Assembly (NCBI GenBank): GCA_024137785.1
Contig: JAHRHZ010000051.1
Coordinates: 7,727,219-7,791,218, forward strand
Source of the DNA: Ginglymostoma cirratum
Lineage: Eukaryota
Length of the DNA stretch: 64,000 nt
Direction: 5' to 3'
The notes beneath the pieces were generated by a model. The model was not told where the DNA came from, ran no database searches, and saw only the letters and a list, made by a program, of their open reading frames with translations. Below, in pieces: positions 1-12,170 of the stretch (position 1 is the stretch's first letter; each line of letters opens with the position of its first letter). The position numbers and the translations under genes are program-made.

Positions 1-131
1 ACTGTCCTCTTGTTGTTGTCTATTTAATAGACACCCGCGGATGAAGTTGTGGCGACATCCATTCATAGCGAAGATTTTGTATAGGTGCTCTTTCTCTTTC
101 CTGCATAGTTCTGGCATGTTGCAGTTTCATT
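1..131 (-). mobile_element. Penelope-like element, inverted ORF segment (RT thumb/linker region)
   Basis: Minus-strand translation ...ELCRKEKEHLYKIFAMNGCRHNFIRGCLLNRQQ resembles the PLE 'E..HL..VF..NGYP..FI' motif; it abuts the plus-strand GIY-YIG part. Confidence 0.7.
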
Positions 132-464
132 ACATTACATTGGACAGACAAGAAGGAAATTAGCCATCAGAAGATACAAACATCAGCTAGCAGCAAAACG
201 ACACAATGAGCTTTCCATAATATCAATGCACTCGGACAATGAAGGTCATCAGTTTAACTGGGACAACGTAACCATAGTAGCCCAAGCCAAACACAGACAT
301 GCACAGGAATTCATAGAGGCATGGTTCTCAACACATAATGCAATCAACAAACATATAGAATTGGACCCCATATACAAACCCATATAGAACAAAACCGGAA
401 ATGACACTATTCACCATAACGGACCAGACGGTACAATTTCCAAGTGGAGTAGAACAACATCACT

Positions 465-523
465 TCATCGGAGGTCTCACTGATGATGTTACCTAGCATG
501 GTGATGAAACGTCTGAATGAAAA
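465..523 (+). ncRNA. Minimal type-I hammerhead ribozyme motif (PLE pseudo-LTR)
   Basis: CTGATGA(480-486)-T-GTTACC tagcat GGTGAT-GAAA-CGTC; palindromic ACGT helix III; stem I tca/tga plus ttcat/atgaa. Confidence 0.7.
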
Positions 524-705
524 CAAGCCAACTTGGCAAGCAAGTCAACAACCTCACCCACAACCCGGGCTACAGATCTTTGCTAAAACCTTAAACACCG
601 ATGGGTACAACATGCTAAAATATGCCCAACAATGGGAAACCTTCGCCAGCCGTCTGAGCTCTACCTGCAAACATCTTCACTTTCTCCAGGAATACCTCAG
701 GTCGC

Positions 706-760
706 TTCATTGGAGGCCGCACTGATGATGTCACCTAGCATGGTGACGAAACATCTCAAC
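706..760 (+). ncRNA. Second hammerhead motif of the tandem pseudo-LTR
   Basis: CTGATGA(722-728)-T-GTCACC tagcat GGTGAC-GAAA-CATC; perfect stem II, helix III palindrome mutated. Confidence 0.6.
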
Positions 761-910
761 AGAAATTAACCAGCTCAGCGAGCAAGTCAACAACCTCACG
801 TTTTAAAACGCCTACGTGAACAACGTTCAGAAGGAAGTGGGTGGGGGTTGGGCACCTCATTCAGGGAATAGCCAGCATGCATCAGGAGGACCCCTACCCA
901 AAACTTAGCC

Positions 911-1050
911 CATCTGAGGAAGAGTCACTGGACCCAAAACATTAACTTTGATTTTTTTCTTCACAGATGCTGCCAGACTTGCTGAGGTTTTCCAGCAACT
1001 TCTGGTTTTGCTCCAGTTTTACAGCATCCGCAGTTCATTCAGTTTTTATT
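911..1050 (+). repeat. Penelope pseudo-LTR-derived short repeat with degenerate hammerhead core
   Basis: CTGAGGA agagtc actg gaccc AAAA catta...cacagatgctgccagacttgctgag...ccagcaacttctg. Related copies at ~3590-3695(-), ~5040-5145(-), 10600-10767, 18738-18852, 28420-28463(-) and 56400-56505. Confidence 0.7.
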
Positions 1051-1793
1051 TAGTATCCAACCCACGTTACCTGTCCCACAGATCCTGGACTACACCCTTG
1101 GCTCTAGAATCTCTTCCCACCATGACATTAAGTTATCGGGCAGCCATTTCCCTTTCAGGCTCCATCCTGCCTTACCAGCAATTCTCACTACTGACCTCTG
1201 TCACTGTTGGGAGTGACGAAACAGCCAACAAATCAGATTGGCCAGGAACCCTCCTGAGGCAGAGATAAGAACGCCTGTTTACTGATTTCATCCACCCACA
1301 GAGTGACATGGCTGTGGGTCAAGCTTATAAGAAGCAAATTGGCTTCCAGCCAGCTTTACTTCTGGAATAGGAGGGAGGGGGTGATTATGAGCTGTCTACC
1401 CTCTGTAAATATTTGCCTACTGTGTAGTAAAATGGCCACATACACCACTTGACCTAGCAGAAAGACTATGATTATGAAAATCTCTAACATGATTGGACAG
1501 TTCTCCTGCAGAAATTCCCATATGCCATTGTTTGAATCATCTGGAAAAAAACTTAAAAGCTGTAAGCAAACATCATGGCTCAAAAACTGCACAGGCCAAA
1601 GGGAATGTACCAAAACTCATTACTCAAAAGTGTGGTACAGGCTCCCCTAACTGCTTCAATAGCATCTTATTTGCTTTGACAATGGGAGGCCGAAACTACT
1701 TCACATGCATTGCCCCCACTGTGTGCCAATAGTCTGCTATCACACGTTTGCAATTCTGCCCTGTTCAAAGCTATGATTATAACTTTGCCTGTG

Positions 1794-2370
1794 TGTAACA
1801 GAAGGGGTAGCATTAAGAAGGCCTGAGCATATGGAACAACAGCAGCTCTCTCTTTTTTAAGATTAGACTCCAGCTCTGTTTACAAGTTGTAATACATTAC
1901 AATGATAGTAAATTTAAAAATGAGTTTCAAGTTCTACAGCAGCCGCTCTAGAAAAGGACTACCTGAAGTTTACAAGAGACAATCTTTCCAGCTTACATCA
2001 ACTGCAAAACACAACTGGATTTCACGGCTACCAATGGAACTTGGAAATATAATACTTTTGCTATCAACTTTAACTTTTTCAACTTCACCTCTCTAACATG
2101 ATAACTTACCCTGTTTTGCATGGTAGTGAGAGTGAGTGCATGTGCAGGATCTGGGACATGTTTACCTTTTCAAGAGTTTTACATTTTATTTGAGTGGGTT
2201 TAGAATAAACTAACTCTTTAATTTTGGTTAATCACAGATCCATTTGCTTTATTTCCTGATATACCTTCATATATAGTTAAGTCCACAATCAATTGAGAAA
2301 TTACATCTTTTTAAAAATTCAAACTTGTTTATAACCCACCTCAGGAGTGAAATGAGAGGTGGCTGTAACA
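1794..2370 (+). mobile_element. Probable solo LTR
   Basis: Starts TGTAACA, ends GTAACA, internal AATAAA; layout similar to the solo LTR at 8196-8837. No TSD seen. Confidence 0.4.
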
Positions 2371-2859
2371 ATTGTTAATACATTATTATTTTCTCAACAA
2401 GATTTGGCCTAATATCCTCGGTAATGAACTTGGGTGTGTTCCACCTGAAAATCTTGGGTCTAGGCTCCCTTTTATGGTAACCTTTATATAGACTTAAAAA
2501 GCTTAGGGAAGGCCTGAAGATGAATGTGAGAATAAGCCTGGCATTTGAATTGATGCCCATAGAAGAGGGCAAAACTCAGCAGTTGTCACTACCCAGCTAT
2601 CCCTCCGTATACCCTTTATGCTAACAGCATCTTGTACTTAAACAGCACACTTAGTATAATAAAACATCCCTAAGTATTTCACCAAGACATTGTAAAACAA
2701 AATTTGACTCTGGGCCTCAAAGGGGTGTTACAGCAGATGACTCAGTGAGGGAAGTAGATGTAAATGAGTATCTTAAGAGAAAAATGAGATAGAGAGATAA
2801 AGAAAGTAGTAGGGGTTGAAATGCAGAGTGGCAATGTAGTTACAAGTCTGTAGAGTCCC

Positions 2860-3110
2860 AGGATTTAAGGGGAATGTACAAGCAATGGTGTTACCATGCA
2901 CCCACTTTCCTTGGCTTTTTGGATGGTAAAGCTTATAAGTTGGGTGAAGCTTGGTTGATCGAGGCTTGGTGAGTTGCTGGAATGCACCTTGTAAATCATA
3001 CACACTTATATGACTATGCAATGGTGGTGCAGGGAATTAATGGTGAAGGTGGTGGATAGAATGGCACTCAAGTGGGTTGCTTTGTCCTAGATGGCACCAA
3101 GCTTCGAGCG
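2860..3110 (-). mobile_element. Degenerate LINE (L2/CR1-group) fragment
   Basis: Recognised shark LINE 3'-region sequence; related pieces at ~22480-22730(-), ~51910-52200(+) and ~53660-53860(-). Confidence 0.5.
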
Positions 3111-6100
3111 TAAATGATGAAATATTCTCTGTGAATGTAAGCATCCAATAAATGTTAAAACATTATTAGCTGTTAGGTTTAAGTACCACCACACTAAATA
3201 TCAAGGGGACGTATATATTGAGCAGGGAATCTCTGAGTAGTAGATATTCTATGATTGTTTCCAGAAAGCAATTTCCACTAATTCTAAAGCGGAATGAGTT
3301 TATTTACCTTATACTTGTGCACTGCAGTCCATATGTAATAGACCAATATTTTAAAGGTGAACAGTTAAAAAAAATTTGCTGTTATAAACTTTTAATAATT
3401 TTGTCTATTATTTGAAAAAGGTTGATTACACAACTATTGGAACAGCTTTCTTCATTCTTTGAACAATATTATCTTTCATGTACTTGGAATAATTCACATA
3501 ATCCCATTGGATGTGGACAAGAATTTAATTGGACAATAGAAAGATAAAACATCTCAAATAGATCACAAAGCAGATACTAAATACTTCAGTTACGGGAAAT
3601 CTGAAATAAAAACAGAATATGCTCAAAATACTCAGCAGGTCAGGTGACATCTATGGATAGAGAAACAGAGTTTAACATTTCAGACTTATGCTTTCTGACG
3701 TGCTACTTATTTCCATAAGCAGCCACTACCTCTGCAGTGCACGCAAGCTGCCAACCTCCAATTAGCCAGCAACAGTGCATGGGCAGCACTTCCATGCACC
3801 ACTCCGCCACCAACAATGTGATCCCAGGAAAGGCCGGCCGTTGTCCAGTCAAATGCTTGATCGGTACTTGGCGTGACAGGCCTTTCCAAAAGTAGGTGAG
3901 GCTGCGCTTTCTTGCTGGATCCCCCACAGGTAGGTGAGACACACACCATCTACGTTAAATTCCACCCAATGTGTTGTTTGCCACATGGATTTTTTTTTGA
4001 ACTATGAAAAGAAACAGTAAAACATGCAAATGACGCATACTGGATTGTCTTTCATACCTCCGAACAGTTCTCCAGCATGACCAGTGCATTCATTTCCAAA
4101 TATTACTGTTTCTTTTTAAACTGATTTTTTCCTCTGGGATGTGAACTGTTTGAAATTTTCACAGTCATTGTTCTTATGAAGTAGTCCTTAATCCAACCCA
4201 AGACCTTTCTCATGTTAGTTCATGACAATGCAGAACACATTTTCTCAACCAAAAATCTATCCGTTTTGGGGGACAATGTTTTAACTATTGCTTACTTCCA
4301 CCTGACAATACCAACTGTTGAACTTATTTCCAGAAACTTTCCACCTCTTCCTATCTGACAAGCAATGGATAGCCCATTATAATTGAAAAATATTCATAAT
4401 CATTTTGTTGATGTCCGGGCAGAAAAAGCGACTTTCTTCTTACAAACCTATTGGAATTCAGAAGTAACTTTAGATAATAATTAAAGGCATTTTCAAAGGG
4501 ACAGTGTTGGTGCTCTGACTGCAATTGGAAATCCGCAAGTAAACTGCACTTGTAGTTACCATTAGGCTCATGTTCCTGTGAAATTGTAATTGGCAAAATT
4601 ACAAACATAAAATCTTCCATGAACCAAGACAATCAGGTTGTATTTTAATAATTAATTGTTTTTCCTTTCATCGTGTACACAGTTTCTGTATATCTTTAGG
4701 CATGGCCACCAGAGTTATTTTTCCTTAAAACAAGTGAAAAAGGGCTTATCACAAAAAAACCTGTGACTTAAATAACAGAGAATGACTTTCAGAAACTATT
4801 AAGAGTTGTTTATTCTTTTCATTGTTTTATAGTAGTCAGTTTTTCCATAAATGTTTTAAAAAATATTTAAAACCTATCTGTGCCTACGCTTCCAAATAAA
4901 TGCTCGATTTTAAGGAATCTTGTGGAATCTGCAAACAGATACAACGTTGAGGCTCCATGGATTATAATAATCTGGAGGCGGGGGCAGGAATGGTTTCCAC
5001 CATAATATTTTTGTTTTAAATGGTGCAAAATAGGGAAGACGCAAAATGAAATAAAAATAGAAAGTACTGGAAAACGCAGCAAAATTTGTGGAGAGAGAAG
5101 ACTTAAAGTTTTGACTCCAGTATGATTCTTCCTCAGAACTGAAGACATAATATGCACTTAACAGACTTGTTATGCACTGAGTGTAACGTGGGCTTGCAGT
5201 TTCTGTATTTTGTTTTGTGCTTGTTTGGCTGGTTTTGAGTGAACCTTGCAGAAACGCAGCCCTTACATGAACACTTCTCTAATTCCAGCGAATGAAAAAA
5301 ACACTTTGTCAGATCTGATGGTCCTGAACTTTTTGCATCTGTAATAATTGTAAGGGATCATTATGTAGCAGTTTTCAGGCCAGAATACCCACTCAAATGA
5401 AAAGTAGTATTATTTTTGTTTAATAAGTTTAATAAGTTTAATAAAGGAGTAGGTGTTGAGTCACAAATGTAAGTAAAATCTTCAAGATGTCCTTGCACTA
5501 CCAGTTTAAGTTTCTGCTCTAGCAATATTGTTAATCACAATGCTTCCCTTATGAAGAGAACCAAACATCCCCTACAGGAAACGCTTCCATACTTAGGCCC
5601 AAAAACAATTACTTAGAGCTTAAAGTAAATATACGATCTAAAACGTGGCAGTATTTTGGGTGTGAGTAATGCACACAAGTCCGATAGATTCAAATTTCCT
5701 CGTATCTTCATAATTATCTATTCAACTCCCTGTCTGAACACCATTCCACCCAAAATAATAGGCCTTTCCTCACTTGCAAACGTTAGGGGCAGCAAACAGC
5801 ATAAACAGAGTAGCCAGGACATAAAAAGCAAGCAAACTGTGGCAACAGACATGTCATAACCAATAACACCCACTGAAAATTTGTCCTCCGTTCCAAGATC
5901 TGTGTAAAGTGTGTGGTTAAAAAGAACATCTGCCTGCCTTTGCAAGAAATTCAAAGATGCAGCCAGAGGCTACAGCATAGAACTACCTAATAAAAGAAGG
6001 ACAGCAATATGGAAAAAACAGCAAGAATGTACCATAAACCTGCACAAATGTAAGCTAATGCACAAAGTTCACAGGTACACACACCTGAATCGAGACCCAG

Positions 6101-7501
6101 AGAGGAACAACCTTCAACCGGGAGATGAACAGTCTTTCCACATCAATCTAAAATCAATAAATTTTACTCTAGAAAGCTGACAAACACTGAGTTGAAGGTT
6201 GACACAGAAGCTAGTGCAAATATTACACCACTCCAAATTCTGAAGGACAAGTACTGGGACAATTAGAACTCAACGGTACAGCCAACAAATGCTAACTTAA
6301 CTGCATAGAATGGGTTGCCAATCCCTTACATTGCCATGCTAACAAAGTAAGTTGCTTTGACAAATCACCATGGAAGCCACAAATATTTTACCTGGTAGAG
6401 ACAAAAAGATTGGCAGTGGCAGAATGACCAAAATGTACGGCTCTCATCATTTTGGCTATCCAGTAGATCACCTAGGTAGCCACGGTAAAGAAAAGCCAAA
6501 GAATACTCGATATGCACAATCTAGGGTTTACAGTCAGGTTTGGTGCCATAGGAAATTTCGAACACCATGATATATTTCACCATAGAGAAGATCAATTCAG
6601 TCAATTGGCCATCTCAGAAAATGTAGTGTTCACAATAAAGAAGCGGTTAAGTGCAAAATGGATGACATGAGGTGCAAGGCATCATCTGCATTAAGGATCA
6701 TCACACAGGCTGGTATAACTTAATTATGTGTGTACAAAAGAATGCTGGTACAATCAGGGTATTCTAGATCCTAAACATCTAAAGCTGTCCCCAAAGAGAT
6801 GCCAACACAAGATTCCAACACTAGAGGAACTGAATCCCAAGTTCCCAAAAGCCAAATTCTTCTCCAGATTAGATGTCAAATACTGGTTGGTGCACTTAAT
6901 CAGGGAATCTCAGAAAGTCACTACCTGAAGAACACTATTTGGAAGATATTGATTCCAGGCACTATCTTTCAGATTATCTGTCTTCAAGGTCTGTTCCAGA
7001 GGCACATGGACAGAATTATAGGAAGAGTGCCTGGATGCACATGCATTGCGGATGGACAAAACTAGCATGATCAGAACTTTCACTCACTGTGGCAATTTTA
7101 CACTGCAAAAAAAGTGGGAGGTGAACGTATGTCCAAACAAGTTTTTGGATCTATTACTCAGGTTGTGGAATCTATCCCGGGCCAAGCAGAGTTAAAGATG
7201 TAAGACAAATGCTTACCCCACAAAACAAAGAAGACCATTAGAAATGCCTTGGATTCTTCAATTTCTTTGAATTTCTCTAAATTTTGGTCTTCTTTTGACA
7301 AAAAACTTTCATTGAAAGCGACCCTAAAGAAACCAGTGCCATTTATATGGCAGAAGGTACAAAAATACCAAAAAAAATTGTCAGCAGAAGACAGCACCCT
7401 GCAATACTATGATTCAAGGAAGATGACAATTCCGGAAGTTGATTCTTTGCAGATTAGGTTAGGAGTGTGTATCATGCAAGATGACCAAGCAATTGCATTT
7501 C

Positions 7502-7593
7502 TGATGAAGGGTCTAGACCCGAAACATCAAGCTTTCCTCCTCCTATGATGCTGCTTGGCCTGCTGTGTTCATCCAGCTCCACACATTGTTATC
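7502..7593 (+). mobile_element. Short Penelope pseudo-LTR insertion with hammerhead motif, nested in Gypsy
   Basis: CTGATGA a GGGT ctag ACCC GAAA CATC; 9-bp TSD ttgcatttc at 7493-7501 and 7594-7602. Confidence 0.8.
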
Positions 7594-8195
7594 TTGCATT
7601 TCAAGTCTATTGCAAGCACAATCCAAGTATTGATGATAGAGTGTGGAATACTTGCTCTTGTCTTCAGTATCACATAATTCCACATAGTAAGTAATTCACT
7701 GCAAAAACCAATCATAAACCATTGGAAATTATTTGGCACAAACCACTGACAAAAAAAATCAAGTAGACCACAGCAACCTCTGGTTAAATTACAGGCTAAT
7801 AATGACTTTGACATCTACTACAACCTTGGCAACAAAACAGTCGCCTCAGATATGCTGACCAGATTGCCAAACCTGAACAAGGATATAAACATTCCACTGG
7901 ATCTACAAATCAACAGCATGGACATTGAGCTGGAAGATGTGCTCAAAACTGACCTATCACATTTTGGTCAGCATAGCTACAACCAGCTTCAAGTGAAAAC
8001 AGCTAACTACCAATAACTGAAGGCTCGATGGAAGGTTATCACCGAAGATTGGCTTGACATGATTAAAGAGCTGCCAGATACTCTCAGATGCTTTTGAACT
8101 TACAGAGATAAGCTTGGTATCACAAAAGAAATAATCTTCAAGGGTAAATCAGTACCTGTGCCCAAAACCCACTGTCAGGAAAAACTGCTGCAACT

Positions 8196-8837
8196 TGTGG
8201 TGATGCTATAGCTTTAAGTGGTTACTTTGTCCTGATTTCTTTTAAGATAGAAATTGAACAAGAGGTACCGATCTGGTTAGTTAATACCACTTGAGTAAAC
8301 AGGTTGGGAGGCCTTAGGTTTTATTTTAAACAGCCTGAACGGGTGAGACCAGTTCTCATAGATTAGGATTTCTGGGTTGTGGTTTTTCAGTAGTATCAGA
8401 AGCTATTGGGGTCTCAACAGAGTTGGAAGCTTCAGTGAATGTCTCCTGACCGCTACTCTCTCTGAATTTTCTCTTGGTGTTTTTTCCCTCCTGGATAGGA
8501 GAACTGCATGTGAGAATCTGTGAGTGAATTTTCTGTTTTTGACAAGGGGTGTGTTTATGGAATGTTACTATATTGGAACAGTTAATTTAATAATAGTTAC
8601 TGTATATATCATTCTGTAAGCTTTCCATTAGAGCTCAATTATTCTAAATTCCTCTTTCTTTGATTGTATTTTAACTATAGTGGTTGAATAAATTGTGTTT
8701 TGCTTAAAATCGAGTAGTTTGATCAGTCTCATTGTATCCAGAACAGACACTTTACACTTCCCTTTAAGGTAAGAAAAAATTAGGATCTAGGCTACCTTCT
8801 TAAAATATTCTGAGGGGGTCTAGTCTGGTCTATAACA
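8196..8837 (+). mobile_element. Solo LTR inserted in the Gypsy integrase region
   Basis: TG...CA termini (tgtggtg...ataaca), 4-bp TSD aact at 8192-8195 and 8838-8841, internal AATAAA. Confidence 0.8.
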
Positions 8838-10519
8838 AACTATACCAACTCCCACATAAAAATTTGTGTCATAAGAATATTTAATTGTTCACTTAATTCT
8901 TTTATCTAAATATTGATAAATGTGGAAAAGAGAAATGGACTTGTGGAAAATATGCATTCTGACAACCTCACCTAGAGATAGATAGTTTTGTGAAAAAATA
9001 CACTGCCATCTAACCCTATGTTTTAACGTCTGGCACTGATTTCCCAAAGTAGTCCTCTTACTTTCTGTCACAAATATCTACCTAGACTGTTTACCCAAGG
9101 AGAAGCCAGGATACAGTTAATAACTTATTTAGATTAAGAATATTACCATGGACTAGGACCTGTCCCGTACAATGCTCTTCTTTAGGAACAGTGGTCAGTG
9201 AAAACTTTGAATTTCAGGCCAATTAATTTGAATTTCATTTTATGTCAGGAACAAGGCAGAATGAATGGAGATATTCTGTGTTGTCCCTCTGATAAATGCA
9301 ACATTTAGCTTGTGGAAACATGCCCTGCTTCATCTTTTTGGTGGAATCTTTTGAAGAAGTAATAAAGTTGGTGGATGATAAAAAATGATAGTAACTAGTG
9401 TTCATCATGGTTTGCCAAAAAAATCTCTACCAAGGCATTAGACAGAAAGATTTTGCATGAAGGTTGTGTCCTGTAGGATTGACAAACTATTCAACAAATT
9501 AATTACATTCAAATAGAAAAGTGCAGCTATTGATGATAGCAGCCTACAAGGTCTGTTTGTACAAGTGGAGTCCTTGGGTATCCATATCGGGACCACTTCT
9601 CTCCTCCGTATTTATCAATACTTAGATAAAAGAATTGCATGAAAAATTAAATATTCTTATGACAAAAAGTTGTACAAGGGAGTTGAAATATTAAGTAAAC
9701 TAAAAGGACTGTGTGGAGCAAATGGCAAATCCATGGAATAGATCCTCAAGTGAGATGATGGAAAATCAGATAGTATTGATTCATTCAATGCAAATAATAT
9801 AGATTCATGTCAGAAAATAATATTTTGAGATAAGTAGTTTGGGCCAAGGCATATAGTAGGTGTAGCAAGTTTAAGAGGACAGCTGATATTGGATCTATTG
9901 TGCAAAAGCCTTTTGAGAATTGGGACTTCACTTTGTGTTTGTGGTTTGTTTTAAATTAATTGGTAGAGATTCATCATTGTAGTCTGACAACAGATCCATT
10001 ATTGTTGTATAATGGGGTCATCAGGAAATATAGAAGGAGAACAAGAGGGATCCTGATCTTTTATTGTCCAGCAAGTCCCATCTTTCCATGACCTGGATGC
10101 ATTGAGAAAACAGAGCTAAGATTTGGAGAAGCACTTCAAATAGGGTAATTTCAGCTAGATAAATTGGGGGTCAAGGTAATACCAATCACATGTTTACCCT
10201 GCAGACTGCTTACTAAAAAGCACAGAGTATGAGATTAATCTGTGCAAATTAGTTCACAGAACATCAGACATCCAGGAACAATGCCGTGAGCTGCAGGGAA
10301 AGTAAATAGGGTATTATGATGTACAGCTAGAACAATTAAATACAGCATTAGGGCAACAATATTTACCTGCTTCCATCTATTAGTATGGTCACATCTAGGC
10401 CACTATACTATTTTCTGTGCCTTAACATAGAGAAGAGAATCAAGATTTTGGGGAATGTAAAAACATATATTTACAAGCATATACTACATCACAAATCATT
10501 TACAGCCAGGTGAAGTCCT

Positions 10520-11020
10520 CTTGAATTCGATTACTGGAATCTAGGCAATGCCACAGTCAGTTTACACACAGCAAGGTCCCACCAAAAGCAAATAAAAACT
10601 CAAAGAACTACAGATACTGGAAATCAGAAATGTAAACAGAAATTGCTGGAAAAACTTAGCAGGTCTGGCAGTATCCCTGAAGAAGGGTCACTAGACCTGA
10701 AACATTAGCTCTGCTTTCTCTCCACCAGACCTGCTGATTTTTTTTCAGCAATTTCTGTTTTTGTTTTTCACAAATAGCAATCCAGAAATGATCAGAGTCT
10801 CAGAACACTGGGTGAAGTCCCTTGTTTCTCTTCAAGATCGTACTATAAGATCTTTTAAATCCACCCAACAGAGTAGATGGATCCTTATCACATCTTATCT
10901 TAATGACAGTACTGTACTCTGGCACTGGAGTGTCAGCCTGGATTTCAGGCTCGTCTCTCAAGTACAGCTTGAATCCACAACCTTTTGATTTGGAGAACGA
11001 AACTGCTCATAGCCCTGGAG
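10520..11020 (-). mobile_element. Deu-domain tRNA-derived SINE (SacSINE1/AmnSINE-like), split by a PLE inverted repeat
   Basis: cacacagcaaggtcccac...gatcttttaaatccaccc...gcactggagtgtcagcctggattt...cttgaatccacaacctt; similar to 20050-20403. Confidence 0.6.
10600..10767. repeat. Inverted (fold-back) Penelope pseudo-LTR
   Basis: Arms 10634-10668 and 10725-10760 are near reverse complements; the spacer holds CTGAAGA-agggtc acta gacct-GAAA-catta. Confidence 0.75.
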
Positions 11021-12096
11021 AGCCACCAGAATAACAACCAGTCAAAATTATCAGGCTAAACTCAGGGAAATGCACATATTTTTCTTTAAGTGCTCGAGCA
11101 TAAGCTTTGAGAGGATGTGATTGTGAGGATAGGAATAGATTCTGTTTAAGTAGACAGGTTAGGTGGATAAATTATTTGTTATAGACAGTGAGGGGAGTAC
11201 TTTGGGAAATCACTGCTAGATATTAAAAATTGGCATGGATTAGGTACCAGTGTATATGTTGTTCACAACGTTATCAACCTCTAAATGAGGTTCTCAGAAT
11301 TCGGACTTTAACACATGACTTACCACAATACTTTCAAGAGGGACTGGAATATTTTCTAAAAATCTAAGACTCCTAAAATGTAAAAGATAGGCGCCATCTA
11401 ATTGGAATTAGTGATGGCAAATAATGAAGTTTTCTTGATTGATTACCCTCTTATTGAAGAGAAATTTCCCCAGAATCCAGTTAGCAGTCAGAACTGACCA
11501 TTTGATCTTTTTACTCTACTGACTAATGCCAGATCTTTACAGTAAGCCTGCACGATCTTTATTACAAACTCGTTTAGCAACCTGTGGCAGTAGATTCAGA
11601 GCAATCCTAAACACAGACAAATGATTCATTGAGCACCAATCAGCATAGTTCTACTTTATGAATGCATATTTTTAGCCCCATTAGAAGGTAAAGGATACTT
11701 TTTATAAAAAATTCCTGTAAAAAAAATTCAGATATCGACAGGTTTAACAACTGAATTTAACAAGCCAATAAACTCAGGCACAGTGTGATAAATTCTATAT
11801 GTTGTTCTTTTGAAAAAATAAGCAACCAGAAGGCAGTTTTATACTTTTTAAGAATGTCTGGTCTGATTTTTCTACTTCCAATTAACATATCTGAAACTGC
11901 TTGACGTAAGTGTTTTTTTTTAAATTTACTGGAGGCAATCTTTAGAATTCAAATGCCAAAAGACCATTACATTGGAAGTAGCCACGGATGGTAGAGATTC
12001 ATTGTACTGTAACAACACAAAATGCATGGCATCCAGTTAGTGCAGGTTATTCTTCCAACAGCTGTTACATTTATGGCCCCAACTACCTTTGAACCC

Positions 12097-12170
12097 CCCT
12101 GCTGTGTTCATCCAGCTCCACACCTTGTTATCTCGGATTCTCCAGCATCTGTAGTACCTATTATCTCTGA
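12097..12170 (+). mobile_element. 74-bp Penelope 3'-end insertion
   Basis: Shares ctgctgtgttcatccagctccacac with 7502-7593; 13-bp TSD tacctttgaaccc at 12084-12096 and 12171-12183. Confidence 0.8.

Larger units (their letters stand above)
132..800 (+). mobile_element. Penelope-like retroelement 3' end: GIY-YIG endonuclease C-terminus plus two pseudo-LTR repeats
   Basis: Translation HYIGQTRRKLAIRRYKHQLAAKRHNELSIISMHSDNEGHQFNWDNVTIVAQAKHRHAQEFIEAWFSTHNAINKHIELDPIY. Direct repeats at ~462-557 and ~704-799. Confidence 0.85.
5640..8860 (+). mobile_element. Decayed Ty3/Gypsy gag-pol
   Basis: Protease LKVDTEASANI (~6190), RT LDPKHL...HKIPTLEELNPKFPKAKFFSRLD and CIAD, RNase H and start of integrase, with many stops and frameshifts. 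Interrupted at 7502-7593 and 8196-8837. Confidence 0.85.
9090..11400 (+). mobile_element. Very old, fragmented CR1 ORF2/3' relic
   Basis: Residual motifs such as FFEEVIKLVDD and TSGV..SISGPLL..VFIN, plus a CR1-like 3' region at ~11040-11400. Interrupted by SINE and PLE pieces. Confidence 0.55.

Noticed and set aside
3703-3949. Two overlapping minus-strand ORFs in a GC-richer patch
   Set aside because: No recognisable domain or exon structure; probably a decayed repeat fragment.
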